DNA from: Candidatus Latescibacterota bacterium
Lineage (GTDB): Bacteria; Latescibacterota; UBA2968; GCA-2709665
Reading direction: 5' to 3'
Length of the DNA: 64,000 bases
NCBI GenBank assembly: GCA_965208835.1
Contig: OZ242358.1
Span: 800,001 to 864,000, forward strand
A model generated the notes under the pieces. The model saw nothing but the letters and a program-made list of their open reading frames with translations, made no database searches and was not told where the DNA came from. The translations under genes and the position numbers were made by a program. This document shows positions 28,212-37,780 of the stretch, piece by piece. Positions within the stretch are counted from its first letter, which is position 1, and each line of letters opens with the position of its first letter.

Positions 28212-30212
28212 ATGGCTCAGGCGCGTCTTGACGATCACCGGAACCGTTCTGGAGAACCCGATTCCGCGGGGAGCGGTATCACCGCGCGGTCGGTGGTTCT
28301 GGGTTTGTTGACGGCTGCCGCCTCGGCCTATTACGGCATCGCCGGATCGATGGTTCTGCACGTCGGGTCGCTGGTCAAGTCCAATTTCCCTGTATCGCTG
28401 ATACTGGTATTTGTAATCTGGGTGGTCATCAACATGGTGATCGCCCGGGTCGCGCCCGGGAGCGTGCTTTCCCGCACGGAGATGATGGTTATCTTCGCCA
28501 TGGCCTGGATCGCGGGGATGATGCCCGGAGTGGGGTGGACGGGGTATATGACGGGCGCGCTGCCCGCGCCGCATTTCTTCGCAACCCCCGAGAATCGATG
28601 GGCCGACCTGTTCCTTGACGAGCTGCCGCACTGGGCGTTCCCCGAGCCCGTGCCGGAAATCGTGGACCGGTTCTATTTCGGGTTGCGCAAGGGGGAGTCA
28701 GTCCCCTGGTCCGGGTGGCTGGCGCCGGTGGGCTGGTGGCTGGCAGGCAGCCTCGCCATGGTAGGCGTGGCTTTTTTCGTTACGACGATTTTTCATCGAC
28801 AGTGGGCCGACGCCGAGCGGCTGACCTATCCGCTGGTCAGTTTTCCCTCTGATCTGACCGACGGGATCGGACCCGGCCGCGCCATTCCGAGGCTCTTCCG
28901 GTCGCCGTTGTTCTGGCTGGGTTTTGCCTGGACGGCCGGCATCATCTGCTGGAACATCATCACGTTCTGGTACCCCCAGGTGCCGCGCGTCACGCTGTTC
29001 GACTCGGTGAACACCAAGTGGATGGTGGTGGCCCACAACTTTCCCCGCGTCTACTATCGGGTTTTACCGCTCGTGATCGGTCTGGGTTATCTGTGTCGCC
29101 TGGACCTGCTGTTCAGTTTCTGGTTCATGGGCCTGCTGGCGGTGGTGAAGGTGGGCGTGATGAACCGGACCGGGTTCACCGTGGGCATGGCGGGGCAACC
29201 CTCGACCGGCAACGAGATCGTCAATCTGGAGAGCCACGGGGCAATGACGGTCCTGGTGGTGTGGTCCCTGTGGATGGCCAGGCGTCACCTCGCGTACGTC
29301 TGGAAGAAGGCCTGGGAAGGCGGCGGGGAGGGGGAGGGTCCGGTTACCTACCGGACCGCGGTTGCGGGGCTGCTGGTCTGCGCGAGTTTCGTCTGTGGTT
29401 TCTTCATGGCCGTGGGCCTCTCGTTCAGCCTTGCCCTGGGTCAGATGACGTTGATGTTCATTGCGTATTTCACGGTGGCGAAATACATGGCGGCGACGGG
29501 CTTCGGATATCTGGTCCCAGTGGGCGGCAAGGGCGGATGGTGGCTCAAGTCCATCACGGGCACGGCCACGATGGATACCCGGAACCTGGTTGGATTGGGG
29601 CTCCTGAACAGCAGCGTCTTCTTCGGAGGAGGCCGGCTGCAGACGATTCAGATGCTTCCCCATCATCTGAAGGCGATGGACCATCTGAAGTCCCGCCGGG
29701 GATGGGTCGGCGGCACGGTCTTTGTCGGATTCGTGGTCAGCTTTCTGGTCTGCGTTGGCTTCATTGTCTTTTACTGCTATACGGAGTCCGCACTCTTTTT
29801 GAGATCGTGGACCTTGTGGGAGGGGCCGCACGGCATATTCAACGGTCTGGCGACGTCCATCGGAGAAACGGATCGAACCGTTTTCGACCCGCAGAAGCTG
29901 GGGATCTGGCTTATCGGCGCTGGAGAGGCGGGTCTGCTCGCGCTGCTGCGGACGTGGTTTCCGTGGTGGCCGCTGCACCCGCTCGGCCTGGCGTTCCAGT
30001 ATACGACGGGACCCCGGTATTACGTGCTGAGCATCATGCTGGTATGGGCGGCCAAGCTGCTGATCGTGCACTATGGTGGGCCTCGGATGTACGAGAAGGC
30101 CAAGCCGTTCTTCTACGGGACCGTCATCGGGTATTGCGTTGGCATCGGCATCGCACAGGTTGTCGACCTGATCTGGTTTCCCGGCCAGGGACACGGGTTT
30201 CATAATTATTGA
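28212..30212 (+). CDS. Polytopic membrane protein, DUF6785/DUF6784-like (putative transporter)
   Basis: Many TM helices; RQW.D.ERLTYPL and WWPLHPLG motifs. Confidence 0.7.
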   Translation: MAQARLDDHRNRSGEPDSAGSGITARSVVLGLLTAAASAYYGIAGSMVLHVGSLVKSNFPVSLILVFVIWVVINMVIARVAPGSVLSRTEMMVIFAMAWIAGMMPGVGWTGYMTGALPAPHFFATPENRWADLFLDELPHWAFPEPVPEIVDRFYFGLRKGESVPWSGWLAPVGWWLAGSLAMVGVAFFVTTIFHRQWADAERLTYPLVSFPSDLTDGIGPGRAIPRLFRSPLFWLGFAWTAGIICWNIITFWYPQVPRVTLFDSVNTKWMVVAHNFPRVYYRVLPLVIGLGYLCRLDLLFSFWFMGLLAVVKVGVMNRTGFTVGMAGQPSTGNEIVNLESHGAMTVLVVWSLWMARRHLAYVWKKAWEGGGEGEGPVTYRTAVAGLLVCASFVCGFFMAVGLSFSLALGQMTLMFIAYFTVAKYMAATGFGYLVPVGGKGGWWLKSITGTATMDTRNLVGLGLLNSSVFFGGGRLQTIQMLPHHLKAMDHLKSRRGWVGGTVFVGFVVSFLVCVGFIVFYCYTESALFLRSWTLWEGPHGIFNGLATSIGETDRTVFDPQKLGIWLIGAGEAGLLALLRTWFPWWPLHPLGLAFQYTTGPRYYVLSIMLVWAAKLLIVHYGGPRMYEKAKPFFYGTVIGYCVGIGIAQVVDLIWFPGQGHGFHNY

Positions 30213-30253
30213 AATACAAACACCCTATGCGAATTGAAATCGATATTTACCAC

Positions 30254-30282
30254 TTGACTTCCCAGATCGTATCCCTTACATT
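30254..30282 (+). promoter_or_regulatory. Putative sigma70 promoter of the Fur-family gene
   Basis: TTGACT-17bp-TACATT. Confidence 0.6.
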
Positions 30283-30298
30283 CCTGCCTGCCAAAAAA

Positions 30299-30314
30299 TG
30301 ATAATGAGTTATCA
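30299..30314. promoter_or_regulatory. Fur-type operator
   Basis: TGATAATGAGTTATCA just downstream of the promoter; shares a half-site with 30971-30992. Confidence 0.65.
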
Positions 30315-30500
30315 ATATCACATCAAGGGTTGTGCTCTCCCTTGAATCACCGTCAACTCGCGGCAACTGCAGGCGGTTGGGCGTGCTCGTCTAATGCCAC
30401 TGACGATCACCAGGGCTTGGATCAGGTGTGCGCTCTGAGAGCCAGGCGACTGAAGACCGTCGAGCCGATCCGGCATCAAGCGGCCAAAGGAGGCATACAT

Positions 30501-30881
30501 ATGAGCAACAGACTCACCAGCCAACGCAACGCCATCGTGAGGGTTATTCGCGACGCCCCCGGTCCACTTCGCCCCATGGGAATCCTCGACCTGGCGTCCC
30601 CCATCGTGCCGACGCTGGGCATTGCAACGGTTTATCGGCAACTCAGGCGCCTGCAAGACTCCGGTGAAGTGCGTGCCGTGGAAATGGGCGTCAATGATGT
30701 GCGCTACGAGCCGACCGACCGGGGCCATCATCACCATTTTCTCTGTCGTGAGTGCGACGAAGCGTTCGACATCCCCGGGTGCCCGGAGGGTATCGCGAAC
30801 CTGGCCCCGCCGGGCTTCGAGCTCGAAGAGCACGAGATCACGCTCTACGGACAATGCCGCGATTGCAGCGCGGGGAATTGA
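30501..30881 (+). CDS. Fur-family transcriptional regulator (Zur/Fur-like)
   Basis: RLTSQR, LGIATVYRQL, HHHHFLCREC, LYGQCRDC; AGGAGG RBS. Confidence 0.9.
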   Translation: MSNRLTSQRNAIVRVIRDAPGPLRPMGILDLASPIVPTLGIATVYRQLRRLQDSGEVRAVEMGVNDVRYEPTDRGHHHHFLCRECDEAFDIPGCPEGIANLAPPGFELEEHEITLYGQCRDCSAGN

Positions 30882-30970
30882 AACACGTTTGAACAGTGTG
30901 GCAGGGTTGAAGTCGCGGCGAAGGGAACCGTTGAGGTGGTGACCGCAGGCAGCTTTCCTCGACTACTTAT

Positions 30971-30992
30971 TGATAATGAGCACTCATTATCA
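30971..30992. promoter_or_regulatory. Perfect 10-2-10 inverted repeat operator
   Basis: TGATAATGAG-CA-CTCATTATCA about 40 bp upstream of the TonB receptor start. Confidence 0.8.
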
Positions 30993-31030
30993 TAACATCA
31001 CGCGCATTTGCGCACACTACAGGAGGAGAA

Positions 31031-33337
31031 ATGCAAAAGTTCCGGAAGATTTCGTTGCTGCTGAATGCCTCAAGGGTCCGATCCATTCCCCTTTCCGCGG
31101 CCGTGATCCTCAGCGCCCTGTGCAGTCCCGTCTGGGCCGAGAAAGAAGCAGTCAAGACTGGCGCGGTCGTCTCCGCCGAACCTGACACGGGCTATTCCTC
31201 GCAGGAAACGAGTGTGTACGCACTGCCTGAGTTGGTCGTCTCCGCCGAACCCGATACGGGCTATTCCTCCACGCACAGCGGCACGGCTCTCGGGATTCCC
31301 ATTCCGCTGGAAGACACACCGCAATCCGTCCTGACCATCAAGAGACAGGTACTCGAAGATCAGCAGGCCACCACCCTTTGGGACGGCCTGAAAAATGTGA
31401 GCGGCGTTTTCAGTCGCGGTACGAATTCGGCAGTCTCCGAAGATTTCGTCATTCGCGGCTTCCGGTTGGATCCCAGGCGCAACTACTACCACAATGGAGT
31501 GCCGTACTACAATCGGTTTGCCGCTGAGCCGGGCAATCTCGAACGGGTGGAGGTGCTCAAAGGCCCGGCCTCCATCCTCTATGGCGCGATTGAGCCGGGG
31601 GGGATTATTAACACCATTACCCCCCAGCCGTCTACAATCTCCACGCGCCAGATGTACCTGAGCGCGGGCAGCTACGGCCACATGAGCCCCCGATTTTCGG
31701 CGTCCGGTCCGCTCGACCGCGAGGGCAGGGTGCTTTACAGGCTGTACGGCTCTAGATTGACAACGGAGAGTTTTCGCGATTTCGTTGAGCAGGATCGCTG
31801 GTACGTCAACCCTTCCGTCTATTGGGGCTGGTCTCAATCGACAACGCTGGAACTGAATTTTGAGTTATTGCGCGACGAAAGAACGGCCGATGCCGGCATC
31901 GTCGCGATCCTCGATCAGCCTGCGTCGGTACCCATCGATCGCTTCTACGGAGACCCGCTCTACAACAAGGAGACCATGAGCAACGGCGCTGTCACCCTGC
32001 GCGCTACCCGGCACTGGACGCGCAGCCTGAAGCACACGTCGGCCCTCAGCCACTACAAGACCAACTGGGATCGCGAGCAAATGTCGGTTGAAGCCACGCG
32101 GGGCGGCGTCGTTGGCTTGCCCGGTGGCGCAGGACATCCGGACAGCGACACCAACCTGCTTAATCGCGCTATTTACGACAACGAGATCTTCTATCGCGAG
32201 ACGACGATGCGTCACGACCTGAGCTACAAACAGGAGCGGGGCGCTCTGCGGCATACGCTGTTGTTGGGCGTGGCACTCTCCTTCTACAAAGAGCGTGAAG
32301 TGCTCGGCGATCGTGTCCATCGCGAGGGCACGCCGGAAGCAGCGGATGCCGATGCGCTTAAAATCGACATCTACGATCCGGAGCCGTACTACGGGCTGAC
32401 CATACCCCAGGATTTCGCCCTCTTCCGCAACCGCGAGCGCGAAGAGACCAGTTGGGGCATGTATCTGCAAGACCTGGTGGAACTCGGCGACCAATGGGTT
32501 CTGCTGGGGGGGTTGCGCTATGACGGGGTCGACTTCGACGAACGCACGAATCAGCGCGGCAGCTACAGAACCCACGGCCGCAGTAACGGGAGTTTGAGCC
32601 CACGCCTTGGCGTCGTCTACAAGCCAGGTGGTGGTTTCTCCCTCTACTCCAGTTACAGCCGCTCTTTCAGACCGAAGTCGGGCGAGAAGATCCTCAATGA
32701 ACCGGAGGACGGCGCCACACAGATAACTCCCGATATGGTCGGACCGGTCGACCCCGAGCTGGCAACGCAATTTGAGGTGGGAGGGCGATGGACCGATGCC
32801 GACAACCGCTTGAGCGCGACCCTGGCGCTTTACGATCTGGCGCGCACCAATGTCGTCGAAACCAATCCCCGCAACCGCATTTACCGAGTTCAGATCGGGC
32901 GCCAGCGCAGCCGGGGCGTCGATCTCGACCTGACCGCGCAGCCGATCCCCCAACTGCGCGCTATCGCCAGCTACGCGTATGTGGACGCGCGCGTCGAAAG
33001 GGACGCTGACCGCCCCGCGTGGGAGGACAACCAACTCGACAATACTCCCGAACACAGCGCCAGTGTGTGGTGCAACTACCGCCATACAGTTGGCCTTGCT
33101 GTGGGTCTGGGCGTAATCTATACGGGAGAGCGTCAGGGCAATCTGGACAATGACTTCATCCTCGACGACTACGTGCGGGTCGATGCCACCGTCACCTACC
33201 GGCTGCAGACCCTGAGAGTGGATCTGAGCGTCAAGAATTTCACCGATGTGGGGTACTACCAGAACGCCTGGCGTCGTGACCGGATCATGCCGGGAACGCC
33301 CAGGAACTATCTGCTGTCACTCGGCTATAGCCTGTGA
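31031..33337 (+). CDS. TonB-dependent receptor (siderophore/metal type)
   Basis: DTPQSV, IRGF, LERVEVLKGPASILYG plug motifs; C-terminal PGTPRNYLLSLGYSL. Confidence 0.95.
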   Translation: MQKFRKISLLLNASRVRSIPLSAAVILSALCSPVWAEKEAVKTGAVVSAEPDTGYSSQETSVYALPELVVSAEPDTGYSSTHSGTALGIPIPLEDTPQSVLTIKRQVLEDQQATTLWDGLKNVSGVFSRGTNSAVSEDFVIRGFRLDPRRNYYHNGVPYYNRFAAEPGNLERVEVLKGPASILYGAIEPGGIINTITPQPSTISTRQMYLSAGSYGHMSPRFSASGPLDREGRVLYRLYGSRLTTESFRDFVEQDRWYVNPSVYWGWSQSTTLELNFELLRDERTADAGIVAILDQPASVPIDRFYGDPLYNKETMSNGAVTLRATRHWTRSLKHTSALSHYKTNWDREQMSVEATRGGVVGLPGGAGHPDSDTNLLNRAIYDNEIFYRETTMRHDLSYKQERGALRHTLLLGVALSFYKEREVLGDRVHREGTPEAADADALKIDIYDPEPYYGLTIPQDFALFRNREREETSWGMYLQDLVELGDQWVLLGGLRYDGVDFDERTNQRGSYRTHGRSNGSLSPRLGVVYKPGGGFSLYSSYSRSFRPKSGEKILNEPEDGATQITPDMVGPVDPELATQFEVGGRWTDADNRLSATLALYDLARTNVVETNPRNRIYRVQIGRQRSRGVDLDLTAQPIPQLRAIASYAYVDARVERDADRPAWEDNQLDNTPEHSASVWCNYRHTVGLAVGLGVIYTGERQGNLDNDFILDDYVRVDATVTYRLQTLRVDLSVKNFTDVGYYQNAWRRDRIMPGTPRNYLLSLGYSL

Positions 33338-33363
33338 ATGGGTCCATTGAGGAGACAAGATCG

Positions 33364-34137
33364 ATGAAGGAGAGCACGGACAGGGGCCGCCGGCAAGTGA
33401 AGGGACGCTACAAGAAAGGGGTTCGCCGTTGGCATGCCTGGACCTCCATCTTCGCACTGGTCTTCACAATTCTCGTGTGCGTGACCGCGATACTGCTGGA
33501 GCATCTCAGTGGCTGGGGCCTGGGCAGCGTCGGAGTGCCCAGCCGGTGGTTTCCCGGCTACCAGACCACCGCCAGTCGCCTGGGACAGATCAAGTGCGCC
33601 CTTCTGACCGGCGATGAGGAGGTGTACATCGGGACGCGCAAAGGGTTGCTTCACCTGAGTGGGAGCGAATACCGCAGCGTTCCGGAACTGGAGGGCCTTG
33701 ACATCTTCAACATCGACCAACAGGGAGAGCGCATCCTGGTCGGCACGCGGGAAAGCACCTGGCTCTTTGAGGCGGAGCGGTGGAAGCGCATCTCCGACTT
33801 CAGGGGGGCAGCAACCTTTGCCGAAGATGGTCGCATCGTCCACATCCAGGGCAGCAACGGTCTCTTCGTTACAGGGGATCTGGGCGCGACGTGGACGGAG
33901 CTGGCCGCCGCGAACGCAACCATGGCGGAAACCCCCCTTCCCGAGGTCGTCAGCTTCAGCAAGTTGGTTCTGGACCTGCACACCGGCAAAGCCCTCTTCG
34001 GCCCAGAGGGTGAGTGGATCTATGTGGACGCGCTGAGCATCGCCGTCCTGGCGTTGGCGATAACGGGCTTCATCATCCGCCCCGCCTATGTGAAGTTGCG
34101 CACGTACCGGCGTAAATCCAGGGTGGAACAAGCATGA
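33364..34137 (+). CDS. PepSY-associated TM helix domain protein
   Basis: RRWHAWTS..TAILL and LDLHTG motifs; follows the TonB receptor. Confidence 0.75.
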   Translation: MKESTDRGRRQVKGRYKKGVRRWHAWTSIFALVFTILVCVTAILLEHLSGWGLGSVGVPSRWFPGYQTTASRLGQIKCALLTGDEEVYIGTRKGLLHLSGSEYRSVPELEGLDIFNIDQQGERILVGTRESTWLFEAERWKRISDFRGAATFAEDGRIVHIQGSNGLFVTGDLGATWTELAAANATMAETPLPEVVSFSKLVLDLHTGKALFGPEGEWIYVDALSIAVLALAITGFIIRPAYVKLRTYRRKSRVEQA

Positions 34138-34429
34138 TCCTTAGCGTCATCCACCCGGGCGCATTCCCAAACACAGGGTGGCTGGGGATCGTCCACCGCC
34201 TGCGGTTCCATTCCGTAGAGCGTTCGCCAGACACCTGGGGCGATGTTGCGCTGATCAATTGGCAGACCGACCGATCATCTTTCGCAATCGCATTCAATCA
34301 TTGCTGAGAATCCAACAGGTGGCGCCCGAGACCAACGCCACACGCCCTGCCGCTCAAACATGAAGCCGCCTGTAATCGCGTCACACCTGGTGGACTTGAC
34401 CAATCCTCAATTCGGCCGCAGAGGAATCA

Positions 34430-35533
34430 ATGGCTGAAATTCAAGACTTGAAAGAACCTATTCCAGTAACAATTATCAGCGGCTTCCTGGGCGCGGGCAA
34501 GACCACCCTGCTCAACCATATTCTCAAGGCCGACCACGGGTTGCGCGTGGCGGTATTGGTCAACGATTTTGGAGAGATTAACATTGACGCCGCGTTAGTC
34601 TCCGGCGTCTCCGGGGAATCAACCATCAATCTGTCCAACGGTTGTATCTGTTGCTCGATTCGCAATGACCTGCTTGAGGCAGTGGTTCAATTGATTCAAC
34701 GCCCGGACCCGCCGGAGTATATCGTCGTTGAAACAAGCGGCGTATCCGACCCCGTGGCGGTTTCATTGACCTTTATGGCTACCGAATTGCAGTCTCGGAC
34801 GCGAGTGGACAGTGTGCTGACCGTGGTTGATGCCGAGCAGATTTATCAGGTGAATGAAAAGCATCGTCGGCTCGCGGTAGACCAGATCGCCATGGCAGAT
34901 ATTCTGGTACTGAACAAGCTTGACCTGGTCAATGATGAAAAGCGGGAGGAATTGGCAGACTTTGTCAGAGATCTCGTTCCGGGAGCGCGAATCCTCCAGG
35001 CTACATATGGAAAGGTTCCGCTCGATCTGGTACTCGGCGTCGGGAAATACGACCTCCAGCGCTTTTCGGGGAAATCGGGTTTGGATGTTCACGTTCATGC
35101 TGACGGCGAGGCGCATGAACACGACAATGGTGACGTGAATCATCACGAACACCATGCCGACCATACGATTGTTTTCAACACGTGGCGCTATACGACTGAC
35201 CGACCTCTGTCACGTGGGGCCGTGCGTAATGCGATGAAAAACCTGCCTGCGACTATCTATCGCGCCAAAGGGTTTGTTTACCTCAACGATATTCCCGGCC
35301 GCAAGGGAATCGTCCACGTTGCCGGCCAACGGGCGCGTCTGATCATGGGTGAGCCGTGGGGCGACGAGAAACCGGAAACACAGTTGGTTTTTATCGGTGA
35401 GGCAGGTGGAATCGACGATTGCGAATTGCAATCGCGCTTTGATGCGTGCCAGACGGAAAAGGATACCCGCCAGGATACAACGCCTGATGAGGTTTTTGAA
35501 TTGCTTCGGGGGCTTGGGATTACAGCGAAATAA
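34430..35533 (+). CDS. COG0523/CobW-family GTPase metallochaperone
   Basis: SGFLGAGKTT, NGCICC, VETSG, NKLD, His-rich linker, YRAKG. Confidence 0.95.
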   Translation: MAEIQDLKEPIPVTIISGFLGAGKTTLLNHILKADHGLRVAVLVNDFGEINIDAALVSGVSGESTINLSNGCICCSIRNDLLEAVVQLIQRPDPPEYIVVETSGVSDPVAVSLTFMATELQSRTRVDSVLTVVDAEQIYQVNEKHRRLAVDQIAMADILVLNKLDLVNDEKREELADFVRDLVPGARILQATYGKVPLDLVLGVGKYDLQRFSGKSGLDVHVHADGEAHEHDNGDVNHHEHHADHTIVFNTWRYTTDRPLSRGAVRNAMKNLPATIYRAKGFVYLNDIPGRKGIVHVAGQRARLIMGEPWGDEKPETQLVFIGEAGGIDDCELQSRFDACQTEKDTRQDTTPDEVFELLRGLGITAK

Positions 35534-35584
35534 ACCGTGTATGGGAAGACCGACAACCCATTCACAGGTTCCAATCGAATCTAA

Positions 35585-35769
35585 GAAGCCGTTTTAAAAT
35601 TACCGGTGAGTTCCCGAGCGTGAGCGAAAAAGTGGCGGTCAAGGCGGGAAAACCCGCCTATGAGAGGCGAGCAAGCGCAGCCTCGATCTCGTAAGACGGG
35701 TGGGTTTGACCAACGCTGACCGGCGCCTTTGCAGCCGCGCGAAGACCGCTGGGAATTTTGAACGGCTTC
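35585..35769. mobile_element. MITE with terminal inverted repeats and TAA target duplication
   Basis: gaagccgttttaaaatt ... aattttgaacggcttc, flanked by taa on both sides. Confidence 0.65.
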
Positions 35770-35794
35770 TAAGCTCCAGCAGTCAATTTCCAGT

Positions 35795-36275
35795 GGGGCG
35801 GCGCCCCAATAACCGCTCCACGCTCCGTTTCCACGTCCCGCTCATCGAACCGGACGTGAGATTTCCCGCATCCGGCTCTCGGACCTGGAGGTCTCAGGTT
35901 CATACCAGCCTCACGGTTCTCGCTCCTTTGACGTTGCCCTTGAACCTGAACCACTTCCCTCCACCGGCGTTACCCGGCTTCAACGTTCCTACGGGCCTCT
36001 CCGCCATCTCACACACCCCGGCCTGACCCTCGCGGAATGCCGGTTGGTGTCTCCACACCACCGCCCGGGACCTCCTGTGTTCTGTCGGATCTCCCTGTGT
36101 ATGCATGCCGTCGCCATTACCCAGGCCGGACCAATGGATGCACGCGTTGCTGTCTTTTTGCCAACCACGGCTGCATTCCCCGATCGAAAGAAGAGTCGGC
36201 TCCCGAATTCCCTTCTTCGCGGCCTGCTGTAGCGTTCACGACGCGTTACGGCCTGCGTACTCGCGAGGCGCGTTG
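35795..36275 (-). ncRNA. Group II intron remnant lacking the RT ORF
   Basis: Domain V GAGCCGGATGCGGGAAATCTCACGTCCGGTTC (35847-35878, minus) followed by GATGAGCGGG; upstream intron motifs GCCGTAACG..GTGAAC and AAGCCGGGTAACGCCGGTGGAGGGAAG. Confidence 0.85.
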
Positions 36276-36289
36276 CGTCCTGACCTTGT

Positions 36290-36420
36290 GAAATACCTCC
36301 TCACGGTTCAGGGAGTTAGACGCCGTCTGCCGTAAGACACCCAACCGTCGGGCAATCCGTGCCTTCGGAACACCGCCTTCACGCAAATGCTTGATTTGCA
36401 TGGCCGTCTCCCGTAATATT
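36290..36420 (-). pseudogene. IS21-family transposase N-terminal HTH remnant
   Basis: MQIKHLREGGVPKARIARRLGVLRQT resembles the IstA N-terminus; no DDE core follows. Confidence 0.55.
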
Positions 36421-36576
36421 ATGAATACGAGCCCTTCTGTGCTTTTTGGGATATCGTCGTATGGATACCCCTGGTATAGGCACACGCAGGGCTTCGCTTC
36501 GTATTGCTGCGATCTCTCCCCCCGGCCCCCTCGGAAGAAGCGATCAGCTATTGGCCGTCAGCCTAAAGCGGTCCAG

Positions 36577-36618
36577 CTCGTGCCGGAGGCAAGGAAGAAT
36601 AACATACCGGGCAAGGAT
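36577..36618 (+). repeat. Dispersed intergenic repeat, copy C (partial)
   Basis: ctcgtgccggaggca..ccgggcaaggat matches 4289-4330. Confidence 0.75.
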
Positions 36619-36737
36619 CTATTCTCCCGTCTCCCGGCTACCCGCCTTCACGAGAGAAGTCAATGGAGTGGGGTCGTTTGGGAGTGGTGAGATTCTATTT
36701 AACGGACGTCTAAACGCAACCGGGAGGTTGATATCAG

Positions 36738-37712
36738 ATGAAGGTCTTGTACCTGAACGTACCAGGTATGCTCCAGCCATGGTACGACGATTTGAGAACG
36801 GCGGTTGGTGAAGTGCATGCCGTTTGCCTGTACGATCCCGCGAAACCCATGGCCGGGCAGTTCGATGGTGTGGACGTGGTGGTGGACCAGGGTGGTTCGG
36901 CAGGCACGCGGGCTCTTATCGACGCCGCGCTGGCTGCCCGCGTGAGGCTGTGGCAGGTGCTTGGAACCGGGGTGGACCACGTGGACGTGGCGTATTTCCT
37001 CGAAAAAGGCCTGATGCTTGCCAATACGCCCGGCCCGTTCAGCGCGGTGGCGCTGGCGGAGCACGCGATGTTTCTGATGCTTTATTTCGCGAAACAGTTC
37101 GACGAGCACGTGCGGAACCTCCGGGCGAAGGTGTTCTACTTTCCGGTGAGCGAGGAGCTGGAGGGGAAGACGCTCGGGCTTGTCGGGCTGGGCGCGAGCG
37201 GACAGGCGCTGGCGGCGAGGGCGAAAGCCATGGGAATGCGGGTAGCGGCCGTAGACGCTGTGGACGTCCCCCGGGAACGGCTGGATGAACTGGGGGTGGA
37301 AGTGTTTGCCGCGCCGTCGGAACTGGAATCGGTGCTCACGCAGGCCGATTACGTGTCACTGCACGTGCCGCTGACGTCGAAAACGCGTCACATAATCGAC
37401 AGACAGGCGCTGGCGGCGATGAAGCCAACGGCGGTGCTGATCAACGTGGCGAGAGGGGAGATCGCGGAAGAGGCCGCGCTCGTCGAGGCGCTGCAGAACG
37501 GGGGGATCAGGGGCGCCGGGCTGGATGTGTACGCCGAAGAGCCGCTGCCCGCGGACCATCCGTTTCAGCAGCTGCCGAACGTCGTCGCCACGCCCCATAC
37601 CGCGGGACAGACGTATGGCACATCCAGGAGGCGCGGGGAGGCCTGCGCGGAGAACGTGGAGCGGATCGCGAATGGGCTGGAGCCGTTGTACAGGATTACG
37701 GACGTAGGGTGA
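36738..37712 (+). CDS. D-isomer specific 2-hydroxyacid dehydrogenase
   Basis: VGLGASG, SLHVPL, INVARG, GAGLDVY..EP, ATPHTAG. Confidence 0.9.
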   Translation: MKVLYLNVPGMLQPWYDDLRTAVGEVHAVCLYDPAKPMAGQFDGVDVVVDQGGSAGTRALIDAALAARVRLWQVLGTGVDHVDVAYFLEKGLMLANTPGPFSAVALAEHAMFLMLYFAKQFDEHVRNLRAKVFYFPVSEELEGKTLGLVGLGASGQALAARAKAMGMRVAAVDAVDVPRERLDELGVEVFAAPSELESVLTQADYVSLHVPLTSKTRHIIDRQALAAMKPTAVLINVARGEIAEEAALVEALQNGGIRGAGLDVYAEEPLPADHPFQQLPNVVATPHTAGQTYGTSRRRGEACAENVERIANGLEPLYRITDVG

Positions 37713-37780
37713 GGTCGGCGACGGGATGTTGACTCCGGTCCGCGACCTTACTTACAGCCGCTCGTACCGCTAATCATGGA

